This document shows positions 9,198-18,499 of a stretch of 64,000 nt of DNA, piece by piece. The DNA is from Deltaproteobacteria bacterium. GTDB lineage: Bacteria > Desulfobacterota > GWC2-55-46. Below the pieces are notes generated by a model that saw nothing but the letters and a program-made list of their open reading frames with translations, was not told the origin of the DNA and did no database searches. How positions within the stretch are numbered: the first letter of the stretch is position 1; each line of letters begins with the position of its first letter. The position numbers and the translations under genes are program-made. The stretch is taken from contig JACREU010000002.1 of assembly GCA_016212705.1 (NCBI GenBank), positions 1,835 to 65,834 of the forward strand, in the 5' to 3' direction.

Positions 9198-9788
9198 GTG
9201 AATAAGGGCTTTACCCTGATAGAGCTCGTCCTTGTGATCACGCTTACGGCGATAGTCGCCGCCGTCGCGTATCCGATGATCTTTGGCGGGACCTCTGCCA
9301 TCTCCGTCCCTGTCTTTACAAAGAAGGTCCAGGAGGATATCCGCTACGCGCAGTCCTTAGTGCTCCTCCGCTCAAACCTCGACACCCCGAACGCCACGAA
9401 CCCGACCTTCAGGTACCGCATAAGGTTCAACGTCGCGGACGCGAGCTGTCCCGGCTCGTCCCAATACACCATAGTAAACGACGCGGACAACAACGGCACA
9501 TGGGGCGAAAATCCCAACGGCTCCGGAGCCGTGGAGAGCGCAAGGGACCCCGCGTCCGGCGACTCCTTCTTCTGCGTACGCATGGACACAGGCGACTTCG
9601 ATGGATTTCAGGTCTCGGCGGACTTCGGCGGCTCGGCGCCCGGGATATTGGAGTTCGATACGATGGGCGTGCCTTACGACAGCGACGGAGTGAGGCTTAC
9701 GGCCTCAAAGACCGTAACTGTCGCAAAGGGCGCGATTACGGGGACAGTGACAGTTACGCCGGTCACCGGCATGGCTACGGCACAATGA
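9198..9788 (+). CDS. Minor pilin, MshC/FimT-like (start GTG 9198 or ATG 9189)
   Basis: NKG|FTLIELVLVI; C-terminal FDTMGVP...VTVTPVTG typical of FimT/GspH/MshC; two Cys. Confidence 0.85.
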   Translation: MNKGFTLIELVLVITLTAIVAAVAYPMIFGGTSAISVPVFTKKVQEDIRYAQSLVLLRSNLDTPNATNPTFRYRIRFNVADASCPGSSQYTIVNDADNNGTWGENPNGSGAVESARDPASGDSFFCVRMDTGDFDGFQVSADFGGSAPGILEFDTMGVPYDSDGVRLTASKTVTVAKGAITGTVTVTPVTGMATAQ

Positions 9789-10201
9789 TGAGAAACGAAC
9801 AGGGCTTCACCCTTATAGAGGTCGTAATGGTCATAGTGGTGCTGGCGATAGCCGGCACCGGCATCCTCATGTACTTCGCTGGCCTCTCCGGCAGGCCCGA
9901 CGCGGTAACGCTCGCGCAGGCCGCCGCGCTCGCGCAGGAGAAGGTGGAGAGGTTGATCGCCGACAAGAAGGCGAACGGCTTCAATACTATAGTCTCTGAG
10001 GTCCCGGCTACACTGCCCGCGCCGTTCGACAGGTTCACCCGCGAGGTCGAGGTCTTCTGCGTGCAGGAGGCCGATCTTGACACCTCAAACGGCACCATGC
10101 CTGGTTGCTCCGACTCCGACATAAACGCCAAAAGGGTGAGGGTGAATGTATCGTGGGGGGGCGGCTCATCGGACTTTGTGACCGTCATGACAAGCCACTG
10201 A
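9785..10201 (+). CDS. Minor pilin, MshD/PilV-like
   Basis: EQG|FTLIEVVMVIVVLAI, AAALAQEKVE and KRVRVNVSW; overlaps its neighbours by ATGA/TGATG. Confidence 0.85.
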   Translation: MMRNEQGFTLIEVVMVIVVLAIAGTGILMYFAGLSGRPDAVTLAQAAALAQEKVERLIADKKANGFNTIVSEVPATLPAPFDRFTREVEVFCVQEADLDTSNGTMPGCSDSDINAKRVRVNVSWGGGSSDFVTVMTSH

Positions 10202-10746
10202 TGATGACCGGTCCGTTCGATAAAAAGGGGTTCACCCTTATCGAGACGGTCATGGTCATCGTCCTCGTCGGCATCATCGGCACCGTCATATCCTCCATCA
10301 TGTTCCAGGGGGCGAAGTCGCTGGAGGCCGGGGACATAAGGAAAGAGCTCTCGTCCCAGGGGAGGCTCGTTGTCGAGAGGGCTTCCCGCGAGATGCGCCT
10401 TATGCGCTGTACCACGGCAGGGAACTCCTGCGTGCCCCAGGCCGCGGACGTAACGACATGGACAGCCACCGACTTGAAGTTCGTAACGGCCAATTACGAG
10501 AGGGTGGGGTTAAGGTACGACGCCGGGACGCTGAAACTCAGCTATGGCGTTGGAGCAGTTGCCGTCGACCCGGAGTACACGCTCGCCGATAACGTATCCG
10601 CGGCGTCTTTCGAATACCTTAAAAGCGACGGCACCCCGGCGGCCGCCGTGAACGAGACGTGGGTGATAATACTCAACATGACGCTCACAAGCGGCGCCGA
10701 GTCCGTGCCGTTCAGGGCCTCGGTCCACCCGAGGGGCTTTAGATGA
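10201..10746 (+). CDS. Minor pilin, MshO/PilW-like
   Basis: KKG|FTLIETVMVIVLVGII, RLVVERASREMR, LADNVSAASFEY and terminal VHPR. Confidence 0.85.
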   Translation: MMTGPFDKKGFTLIETVMVIVLVGIIGTVISSIMFQGAKSLEAGDIRKELSSQGRLVVERASREMRLMRCTTAGNSCVPQAADVTTWTATDLKFVTANYERVGLRYDAGTLKLSYGVGAVAVDPEYTLADNVSAASFEYLKSDGTPAAAVNETWVIILNMTLTSGAESVPFRASVHPRGFR

Positions 10747-11513
10747 AACGGTTGATATCGAACGGACGGGGGGCGTCGATCATCGGCGTGATACTTGTCC
10801 TCGCGGTCCTGACCCTCTCGGGCGTGATATTCGTTTCCATATTTTCTACAGGCGTGGAGGAATCCACCGGAGAGGTCTTGTCATCAAGGGCGCTTTTCGC
10901 GGCAGAGGGCGGGCTTGAGGCCGCGATAGGGCATCTTAAGAGAACGCCTGTAAGCACTTACTGGCTATGGAAGGACGGCTACCTCGCCAAGCCCGTCGGC
11001 GGAGGCACAATGGACGTTGAGGTGCTCGAGTACGAGTCGAGGGACTCTACCCTCACGGCATCGAATAAATGCGAGCCGTTCGAGTCCGTCATAGTCTCAA
11101 CCGGCGCAAACCCCGCGCGCACGGTCTATGTGTCGCTTGCGTGGTCGTCGGCGTCGAACATGGCGCTTGAGCTCTACGACAACAGCGTCGCGGACTGCAA
11201 CAACCCCGCGGCCTCGGCCACACTCATTGCGTCCTCGGCTACGGCAAATATACCGGAGACGGTCCGCTACCGTGTCCAGACCGCGCCTCCGGCAACCCTT
11301 ACGTACACCGCGCGCGTCACCGGGGCCGTCGGGGACGTTTACAAGCTCAGGATAGCCCACCCGGACGAGACGAACTTCGGCACAGGGTCCACATGCGGTC
11401 AACCGGCCGGGCCTCCGTACGACTCCTGCATGAGGGCCGTGATATCATTGGGCAGGCATCAGAACGCGAGGAGAGAGGTCTTCTCCGGTTTCAGCCGCAC
11501 GCCTTTAAGGTGA
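10743..11513 (+). CDS. Minor pilin, MshP/PilX-like (no Glu5)
   Basis: GRG|ASIIGVILVL lacks E5; SSRALFAAEGGLEAA is the PilX/MshP N-terminal motif. Confidence 0.8.
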   Translation: MKRLISNGRGASIIGVILVLAVLTLSGVIFVSIFSTGVEESTGEVLSSRALFAAEGGLEAAIGHLKRTPVSTYWLWKDGYLAKPVGGGTMDVEVLEYESRDSTLTASNKCEPFESVIVSTGANPARTVYVSLAWSSASNMALELYDNSVADCNNPAASATLIASSATANIPETVRYRVQTAPPATLTYTARVTGAVGDVYKLRIAHPDETNFGTGSTCGQPAGPPYDSCMRAVISLGRHQNARREVFSGFSRTPLR

Positions 11514-11517
11514 ATAA

Positions 11518-14019
11518 ATGAGAGCACGCACATACATCTTTTTTGCGCTCGCGTTGGTCACGGCGCTTTTGTTCCACGCGCTCGCCGGGGCCGCCGAGAC
11601 ATTCTCAGTGACCGTCCCAGCTGGCACGGAAGTCACCATGCAGGACCCGAACGCCGTAATCCCGTTTACGGTTACGAATATAACCGGCTCCACCAAGGAC
11701 ATAAGGGAGATAACATTCAGGATAGACATCGCCAAATACAACTTCAGCACAGCTACCGTCCCTCCGGCAGGGTGGTGCATAAAGGAGGCGGAGCCAGACA
11801 GGATAACCTTCGCGCTGACACAGGGCTCAGGCGCGTGCAGCAGCGGCTCCACCACGAGCCGTATATCACCCGGCGGGAGCCTCGTCTTCAATATTACAAT
11901 GTTGCCGCTTGCCGCCTCTGCGGACGTCGCCGGGGATACGCTTACGAGCGTTACCGTCGACACCCAGGGCGGGTTCTCCCGCTCTGGCGCGCTCCCGACG
12001 TGGACACGGAGGTCCTTTGAGGCGACACTCGTTGCAACACCTGAGTCCCTCGGCGTCGGAGGGACGATAACGCTCACCATGCAGGTGACAAACCGCTCGA
12101 CAACAACGCAGTCGAATATAACATCTACCCCGACGCCGCCCACGCCGTCGAGCGCGATTGCGACCCTCTCGGAGGGCCCCTACTACGGCTCGACCGGACT
12201 CGACGGCAACCACACCTCCTCGGCGACGATTATAACCGTAGCGTCGACCGCCGGCTTCACCTCGCCGGGGGCCATAAGGATCGACTCAGAGGACGTCTGT
12301 TACACCGGGACGACCGCGACTACCTTTACCGGCGTTACGCGCGGGTGCAACCTGACGACGGCCGCCTCCCACACGACAGGCGCCGTTGTCTACGCGAAGA
12401 CGCAGTACTCGCTCACGGCTGGGCAAACAGGGGTGCTAATATGGTTGTATGGCGCGACGTCGACCGGGACGGTCTACTTTACGACGCGCGCGACAAATTC
12501 CGGGTCCACCGCGAACTCCGTACTCCTTAACTCGAACACGGTCCTCATCGGCAACTTCACCGCCTTTATCACCGTAACCCCTGAAAGCGTCATAACCGGG
12601 CAGTCTGTGACTGTAGAGATGGAGGTCAGGAACAACGGTACGTCGGCCCTCATCAATATCGCGCCTTCGGCCCTTACCCCATGCGCCGGCGGGGCGACAG
12701 AGACGCTCTTAAGCGGCCCCTCGCCATCGTCCATCTCATCGCTCGGAAGCGGCTCAACAGGGGCATTCTCATGGACTTACGCCATAACCGGGTCTCTCGG
12801 CCAGACGTACTGTCTCACAGGCTACGGTACGGCCTCGGGAGGCGCGACAACGAACACCGCTACGTCGAACTCCGGCGCTATCTCCCAGTACTCGGCGACG
12901 GTCTCTCCTTCGGTCATAGCGAGCGGGACTGCGAACCAGACCCTAACCTGGTCTGTCTACAACGGAGGCGCCTGTACCCTTAAAAATATCGAGATATCTT
13001 TCCCTGGAGGCGGAGGCAACTGGACCTGCTCGTCGGTTATTGCCCCTGCCGGGTGGACAGGCTCTTGCGGAGGGACAAAGGTGACGTTTCAATCGAGCAG
13101 TTCCGCGAACGACATACCAACGGGCGGCACAAAGGCGTTCTCGATAACGTACTCGACGACCGAGACGGTCACTTCAGACAAGGTAGTCGCTTTCCCGGTA
13201 AACCCGGTCCCAAGGGGAGGGTGCGGGGGGTCGGAGGCGGAGATAGGCACCTATGTGACGGTTACGGCCTACGGACTCTCGGTCGCGCACTCTCCGGTCG
13301 GCCCGGTCTACGCCGACGGTAGCGCGACCTACACCATGACCGCCACACTCGTCTCAGGTAGTACGCCGGTCGCCGGAAAGACCGTGACCTTCTCGACGAC
13401 GAACGGCACGCTCTCTCCGGCTACAGCCGTGACCGACGCAAACGGCGAGGCAACGGTCGCGCTAATAGCCCCGAACAGCACCACAAACACCACCGCGACC
13501 GTCACCGCGGCCTATTTGAACTCATCAGGGACCGATATTGTCAGCTTTACCGGCTGGAACAAGGCGAATATCCAGTACTGGGGGTCGCTCTCCCCGGCGT
13601 CCGCCTCTTGCAACGCGACAGTCTCCTTTACCATGGTCCTTAAGAATATAAGCGGAACGACGTCCATGACGCCGAATACCGGGAGTTACTTCGCCTTCAA
13701 CGACTCGTCAGCCGGCGGCTCTTCCGTCTTTCAGGCGTACCTGAATTCCGCCGTGACGCTCTCGGCTGGCGCGACACAGACGCTCGTATTCGGCTCTCCT
13801 ACAAGCTCGGGCGGAGGCGGAGGGGTTGTCATACCGTCCACCTTCCTTGCCGGGACATACTCTCCGACGCTTAACTCCGCGCCGCCCCCGGCGAGCGGGC
13901 TCTTTTTGACCGACGGCGGGACAAACGACCAGTACCGGACGATTACGGATACCGTGACCATTTCAGGTGACTGCGGGTCGGTCAACGTCTACATCATAGA
14001 GTGGCACGAGTTCAGGTGA
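11518..14019 (+). CDS. Large secreted Ser/Thr-rich Ig-repeat protein; putative pilus tip adhesin in the mshQ/pilY1 position
   Basis: Sec signal peptide, repeated beta-sandwich units, an invasin/Big_1-like segment (ADGSATYTMTATL...GKTVTFST...TDANGEATV) and C-terminal IIEWHE. Confidence 0.75.
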   Translation: MRARTYIFFALALVTALLFHALAGAAETFSVTVPAGTEVTMQDPNAVIPFTVTNITGSTKDIREITFRIDIAKYNFSTATVPPAGWCIKEAEPDRITFALTQGSGACSSGSTTSRISPGGSLVFNITMLPLAASADVAGDTLTSVTVDTQGGFSRSGALPTWTRRSFEATLVATPESLGVGGTITLTMQVTNRSTTTQSNITSTPTPPTPSSAIATLSEGPYYGSTGLDGNHTSSATIITVASTAGFTSPGAIRIDSEDVCYTGTTATTFTGVTRGCNLTTAASHTTGAVVYAKTQYSLTAGQTGVLIWLYGATSTGTVYFTTRATNSGSTANSVLLNSNTVLIGNFTAFITVTPESVITGQSVTVEMEVRNNGTSALINIAPSALTPCAGGATETLLSGPSPSSISSLGSGSTGAFSWTYAITGSLGQTYCLTGYGTASGGATTNTATSNSGAISQYSATVSPSVIASGTANQTLTWSVYNGGACTLKNIEISFPGGGGNWTCSSVIAPAGWTGSCGGTKVTFQSSSSANDIPTGGTKAFSITYSTTETVTSDKVVAFPVNPVPRGGCGGSEAEIGTYVTVTAYGLSVAHSPVGPVYADGSATYTMTATLVSGSTPVAGKTVTFSTTNGTLSPATAVTDANGEATVALIAPNSTTNTTATVTAAYLNSSGTDIVSFTGWNKANIQYWGSLSPASASCNATVSFTMVLKNISGTTSMTPNTGSYFAFNDSSAGGSSVFQAYLNSAVTLSAGATQTLVFGSPTSSGGGGGVVIPSTFLAGTYSPTLNSAPPPASGLFLTDGGTNDQYRTITDTVTISGDCGSVNVYIIEWHEFR

Positions 14020-14029
14020 GATAATTTTC

Positions 14030-14120
14030 TTTCAAAAAGGTGTTGAACTGGATATAATAGCCGTAATTTTTAAAGGTTTTTTGACAAAAGGGCTATAGAT
14101 TTCCCCAAAACTGCCGATTT
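14030..14120 (+). promoter_or_regulatory. Promoter region of the mshM-secretin block (sigma70 -10 box and a possible sigma28-like element)
   Basis: AT-rich gap; TATAAT at 14053-14058; TATAGATT-N11-GCCGATTT at 14094-14120. Confidence 0.4.
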
Positions 14121-14172
14121 TTTAGTCATGGGGGGGCGAAGACCCCCTAAAATCCTGAAAAAAAGGCCCCTA

Positions 14173-15135
14173 ATGTACGAGAAATTCTTTTTCCTCAAGG
14201 AAAAGCCCTTCCACATCACGCCGGACCCCAAGTTCCTCTACTTGAGCAAGAAGCACCGCGAGGCGATAGACCTCCTTTCGTTCGGCATCGTGGAGAGAAA
14301 AGGGTTCATACTGCTTACCGGCGAGGTCGGCACCGGCAAGACTACGCTTTGCAGGGCGCTCCTTGAGAAACTGCCCGCGCTCACCGAGAGCGCGCTTATT
14401 TTGAACCCGGTCCTCTCCGAGGAGGACTTATTAAAGACGATCACCGCTGACTTCGGCCTTAACCCCGGAAAGGACACGGTAAAGGAACACCTCGACGAGC
14501 TCAACAGGTTCCTCTTGAAAAAGGCGTCCTCGGGCGGCACGGCCGTCGTCATCATAGACGAGGCGCAGAACCTTAACCCCGCGACCCTCGAGATGGTCAG
14601 GCTCCTTTCGAACCTCGAAACGGAAAAGGAGAAGCTCCTCCAGATAGTCCTCGTCGGCCAGCCTGAGCTTCGGGACAAGCTCTCGCTCCCGGAGCTCCGG
14701 CAACTCAATCAGAGGATCATCGTAAGATACCATCTGAACCCGCTCGACCTCCTGGAGACGAAGTCGTATATCGAAAACAGGCTGAAGGTCGCCGGCGGCG
14801 GAAAGGTCGAGTTCAGGGAAGACGCCATGAGGCTCGTATTCGATAAGAGCCAGGGGATTCCGAGGATGATAAATATAGTCTGCGACAGGGCCCTTACCGC
14901 GGCATTCATCGACGAGAGCCGGACCATAGGCGCCGAGACCGTCAGGAAGGCGGTATCCGAACTCGAGTCTGACGGGTATCTGCAAAACGGAGCCTCGGCG
15001 GCAGTCGCCGGAAGCGAGGCAGGACCCTCCTATGGCAGGTACATGGCACCGATTGCGGCGACTGCCTTTGTCCTTGCCTTTATAGCCGGGCTCTTCATAG
15101 GCCCGGAGGTCTATAACTTCACGGTGCTACCTTAG
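14173..15135 (+). CDS. ExeA/MshM-family AAA ATPase
   Basis: MYEKFFFLKEKPFHITPDP, Walker A GEVGTGKT, Walker B VVIIDEAQNL, LVGQPEL, GIPRMIN and a C-terminal TM. Confidence 0.93.
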   Translation: MYEKFFFLKEKPFHITPDPKFLYLSKKHREAIDLLSFGIVERKGFILLTGEVGTGKTTLCRALLEKLPALTESALILNPVLSEEDLLKTITADFGLNPGKDTVKEHLDELNRFLLKKASSGGTAVVIIDEAQNLNPATLEMVRLLSNLETEKEKLLQIVLVGQPELRDKLSLPELRQLNQRIIVRYHLNPLDLLETKSYIENRLKVAGGGKVEFREDAMRLVFDKSQGIPRMINIVCDRALTAAFIDESRTIGAETVRKAVSELESDGYLQNGASAAVAGSEAGPSYGRYMAPIAATAFVLAFIAGLFIGPEVYNFTVLP

Positions 15136-15894
15136 ATGAGCCTAATACACCAGGCCCTTAAAAAAATCGAGGCCGCCAGATCAGCTTACAACCCACCTGC
15201 GGAGTTTACGCCGCCTTCCGCGGGCAGTAGGCGGCCTAAGGCCGCGGTTATCGTTGCCGTGTTGCTCGTCGTTCTCATCCCGGCCGGGTACGCGGCGTAC
15301 TCGCTCCTATCATCCGTTGAGAAGGTTGAGCGCGCCGCTAATGACGACCCCGGACTTGACGCGCTTAAGGCCTCCATCTCCGCGCCGCGGAGACCAAAGA
15401 CGGACGTGGACCCTTCGGCGCATAACGCCAAGGGGATTGAGCTGTTCCGGTCCATGCAGTACGGGGACGCGGAAAAGGAATTCAAGGCCGCGCTCGCTCT
15501 AAGGCCGGTTGAAGCGGCATACTACAACAACCTCGCGCTCGCTCTCGCTCTCAGTGGGAGGGAGGAAGAGGCCTTGACGCTCCTTAAGGAGGCGCTCGAC
15601 TTGAACCCGCGCCACATCGAGGCGCTCAATAACCTTGGCGCGCTCCTCGAGAGGAAGGGAGATGCCGCCTCAGCGGTCAAGAGGCTCAAAGAGGCGTTGA
15701 AGATAGACCCCGGCTACGCGGACGCGCTTTTAAACCTTGGAGTGGCGCTGGAAAGACAGGGGAGGACAAGGGAGGCGCTGGAGGCATACGAGCGCTTCCT
15801 CGAGAAAGACCGTACAGGCCCGCAGGGCGAAGAGGCGGCTAAAAAGGTCATGAGGCTTAAATCCGGGCTCATAATAAAAGCGCGTGAGGGCTGA
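15136..15894 (+). CDS. MshN-like membrane-anchored TPR protein
   Basis: MSLIHQALKK start, one TM, and about four TPR repeats (YYNNLAL, ALNNLGA, ALLNLGV). Confidence 0.85.
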   Translation: MSLIHQALKKIEAARSAYNPPAEFTPPSAGSRRPKAAVIVAVLLVVLIPAGYAAYSLLSSVEKVERAANDDPGLDALKASISAPRRPKTDVDPSAHNAKGIELFRSMQYGDAEKEFKAALALRPVEAAYYNNLALALALSGREEEALTLLKEALDLNPRHIEALNNLGALLERKGDAASAVKRLKEALKIDPGYADALLNLGVALERQGRTREALEAYERFLEKDRTGPQGEEAAKKVMRLKSGLIIKAREG

Positions 15895-16937
15895 TGCTAC
15901 CCGGCAAACGTAACCTCATAGGCGTTGACATCGGGTCGTATTCGGTGAAGGTCGTCTCTCTCGTTGGGACTGAAGGCTCCTATACCCTCGCAGGCGCGGC
16001 CCTCTTCAGATTGCCCAGCGAGGGCGGAGAGGCAGTGCCGGTGACGCCCCCCTTTCTCTCCGGCATATTGCAGGCCAAAAGGATAAAGGGCAGGAGGGCC
16101 GCCGCCCTTATGAACGGCCCCTCTCTCATATTCAAGCATTTGAAACTCCCGGTCATGCCGGAAAAGGACCTGAAGGAGGCGGTCCGCTGGGAGGTGCGCA
16201 AAGACCTCGCCATCGCGGTATCCGCGGCAGACCTCATCCTCGATTACATGAGCGCCGCAAAGACAGCCAAACCCGGGGACAATACCGTATCCATCGTCGC
16301 CTTCGCGGCGGTAAGGAGCGACGTTGAACGCACCATCTCCCTTTTCAGGGACGCGGGCCTCGAACTCCGCGTCCTCGAGGTCGCTCCTTCCGCGCTCCTA
16401 TTCTCATTCAACATCAGCAACGCCTGGGAACCCGGCGTCAACTACGCGATGCTCGATATCGGCGAGACCAAATCCACGCTCGCCATACTCAAGGACAAGA
16501 AGCTCTCCTTTACGCGCGAGATAGGGATGGGAGGCGCTGACTTCACTAAGTTCCTCGCCTCGGGGATAGGTAAGCCCGAGGCGGACGCCGAGGATTACAA
16601 GATAGCCTTCGGTCTTACTGCCGAAGACGAAAATGAGGACAAGGCGAAGGAGCTCCTCACCCAGGCCGTCGAGAGGCTCTGCACCGAGGTCCAGCGGTCG
16701 TTCGATTACTTCCAGGCGCAGTTCAGGGAGGGAAGCGTAGCCAAGCTCTTCATCTCTGGCGGCTCGTCAAGGCTCAAGGGCATAGAGGCTGTCATCTCGA
16801 AGATAATAGCGGTCCCTGTCTTCAAGGACGACCCATTGAGGTCCATACAGATACCGAAGGCGTTCGACAGGGCGGAACTCGCGGAAATCGCCCCGTGCCT
16901 GACGATAGCCGTAGGGCTCGCCGCGAGGAAGTCATGA
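15894..16937 (+). CDS. pilM: PilM actin-like alignment protein
   Basis: IGVDIGSYSVKVV, LDIGETKS, EVQRSFDYF, ISGGSSRLKG and AVGLAAR. Confidence 0.92.
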   Translation: MLPGKRNLIGVDIGSYSVKVVSLVGTEGSYTLAGAALFRLPSEGGEAVPVTPPFLSGILQAKRIKGRRAAALMNGPSLIFKHLKLPVMPEKDLKEAVRWEVRKDLAIAVSAADLILDYMSAAKTAKPGDNTVSIVAFAAVRSDVERTISLFRDAGLELRVLEVAPSALLFSFNISNAWEPGVNYAMLDIGETKSTLAILKDKKLSFTREIGMGGADFTKFLASGIGKPEADAEDYKIAFGLTAEDENEDKAKELLTQAVERLCTEVQRSFDYFQAQFREGSVAKLFISGGSSRLKGIEAVISKIIAVPVFKDDPLRSIQIPKAFDRAELAEIAPCLTIAVGLAARKS

Positions 16938-17533
16938 AGGGCATAAACCTCATACCCGAAGAGATACAGAGGGGATGGCGCATAAGGAAGTGGCGGCTCG
17001 CCTTCATCGCTTCTTTTGCCTGCTATCTCCTTTTCCTCGTAGCGGTCTTCGCGCTCCAGCGAACGGAGCTTAAGGGGCTTAAGGCCGTGGAGGCCGCGCT
17101 CATCTCCCAAAAAGACGCCCTCTCGGGCAGGAGCTCCGAGTACGCGCTCCTGACAAAAAAACTCTCGGATATACACGCGGCGGAAGGGGAGCTCAGCCAG
17201 AGGCTTGGAGTCGCCTCTGAGCTGAAGGACAGGAGGGTATCCTGGTCGTTCGTGCTCAAAAAGCTCAGCCACGAGGTGCCTAAGGGCGTGTGGCTCCGGT
17301 CCCTCTCCACATCCGACGTACAGGGCACGACTGAGAAAAAGGTCAAGTTCCTCGGCTCGGCCACAAACAACAGGGCGATCGCCGACTTCATCTTCAAAAT
17401 AGAGAACTCCGGCAACTTCAGGGACGCGGCCCTCTCGTACTCGCAGAAAAGGGAGATGGGCGGCACATCCGTCTATGACTTCGAGGTCTACGCGACCTTG
17501 AGAAAGACAGGCGAGGTGCTCTATGAATGGTGA
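16934..17533 (+). CDS. pilN: PilN-domain protein
   Basis: INLIP motif, TM, coiled coil and VPKGVWLRSL. Confidence 0.9.
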   Translation: MKGINLIPEEIQRGWRIRKWRLAFIASFACYLLFLVAVFALQRTELKGLKAVEAALISQKDALSGRSSEYALLTKKLSDIHAAEGELSQRLGVASELKDRRVSWSFVLKKLSHEVPKGVWLRSLSTSDVQGTTEKKVKFLGSATNNRAIADFIFKIENSGNFRDAALSYSQKREMGGTSVYDFEVYATLRKTGEVLYEW

Positions 17534-18122
17534 CGCGCTAAGGCGCTTGAAGGACGTGGACTTCTCTTTCCTTAAGTCGTTTAAGCGGGAGGCCCTCGCC
17601 GTTGGCGTACTTGTCATCCTCTCGCTCCTCTTCTACAGGTTCGGTTATAAGAGGAATATAGACGAGATGCATGCGCTGAGGTCGGGTAGCGAGGCCCTGC
17701 GCTCGGAGATACAGATGGCGGAGGCCCAGTCGCGGGCGTCGGAAGGGCTGTCAAAGGCCGTGAGCGACGCTACGGTAAACCTCAAGACCGTCGAGGGGAG
17801 GCTCAAAAGCCTCAAGGAACGTTTGCCGTCGGATAAGCAGGTCTCCAGAATACTCTCGGAGTTCTCCGAGAGCGACTTCCCGCGCGGCATAAGGATAGTA
17901 TCGATAAAGCCTCTGGAGCCCGAGGCAAAGGGCGAGCTCTCCAGGCTACCGTTCCATATAAAGATGGAGGCGAAGTTCCAGTCATTCGGGGATTACCTGG
18001 AGCGCATCGAGAGGCTCCCGAGGCTCATGGTCGTCGATAACTTCATGATAGAGGGCGGCGACGCCGCGGACCTTACGGCTGAAGTATATCTCAGCGCCTA
18101 TATATTGAGCTACGGAAGATGA
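17523..18122 (+). CDS. pilO: PilO/MshJ-like protein
   Basis: TM, coiled coil, RLPSDKQVSRIL and FGDYLERIERLPRLMVV. Confidence 0.88.
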   Translation: MNGDALRRLKDVDFSFLKSFKREALAVGVLVILSLLFYRFGYKRNIDEMHALRSGSEALRSEIQMAEAQSRASEGLSKAVSDATVNLKTVEGRLKSLKERLPSDKQVSRILSEFSESDFPRGIRIVSIKPLEPEAKGELSRLPFHIKMEAKFQSFGDYLERIERLPRLMVVDNFMIEGGDAADLTAEVYLSAYILSYGR

Positions 18123-18499
18123 AGACCTGCATACCCATACTACTGATAACGATATCCCTGCTGATAACTCCCTTTGCCGGCGCGGCTGAAGAATCCCTCT
18201 CCTTACGGAACGCGCTCCCTGAGACAAAGGCGGAGCCTCTCGCGTGGGGAAGGGACCCTTTTGTCCCCGAGGTGCGCGTCTCGGGCCCCTCGACAGCCCC
18301 TCAGCAGGAGCTCCGGCTTAAGGCCGTCTTCTACAACGAGACGCGTCCGTCGGCTATCATCAACGAGAATATCGTCTACAGGGGGAGCCTCATCGGAGGG
18401 CAAAAAATCGTTGATATAGGCAGGACTCATGTTATACTTCAAGGAGAAAATGGCTCTATAAGGCTCGAACTCACAGAGGTCCCGGAGCTAAAAAAATGA
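18119..18499 (+). CDS. PilP/MshK-like periplasmic protein
   Basis: Signal peptide, GRDPF motif and LKAVFY...SAIIN; lies between pilO and the secretin. Confidence 0.75.
   Translation: MKTCIPILLITISLLITPFAGAAEESLSLRNALPETKAEPLAWGRDPFVPEVRVSGPSTAPQQELRLKAVFYNETRPSAIINENIVYRGSLIGGQKIVDIGRTHVILQGENGSIRLELTEVPELKK

Noticed and set aside
14081-14100. Perfect TTGACA upstream of mshM as a -35 box
   Set aside because: No -10 hexamer at 16-18 bp spacing.
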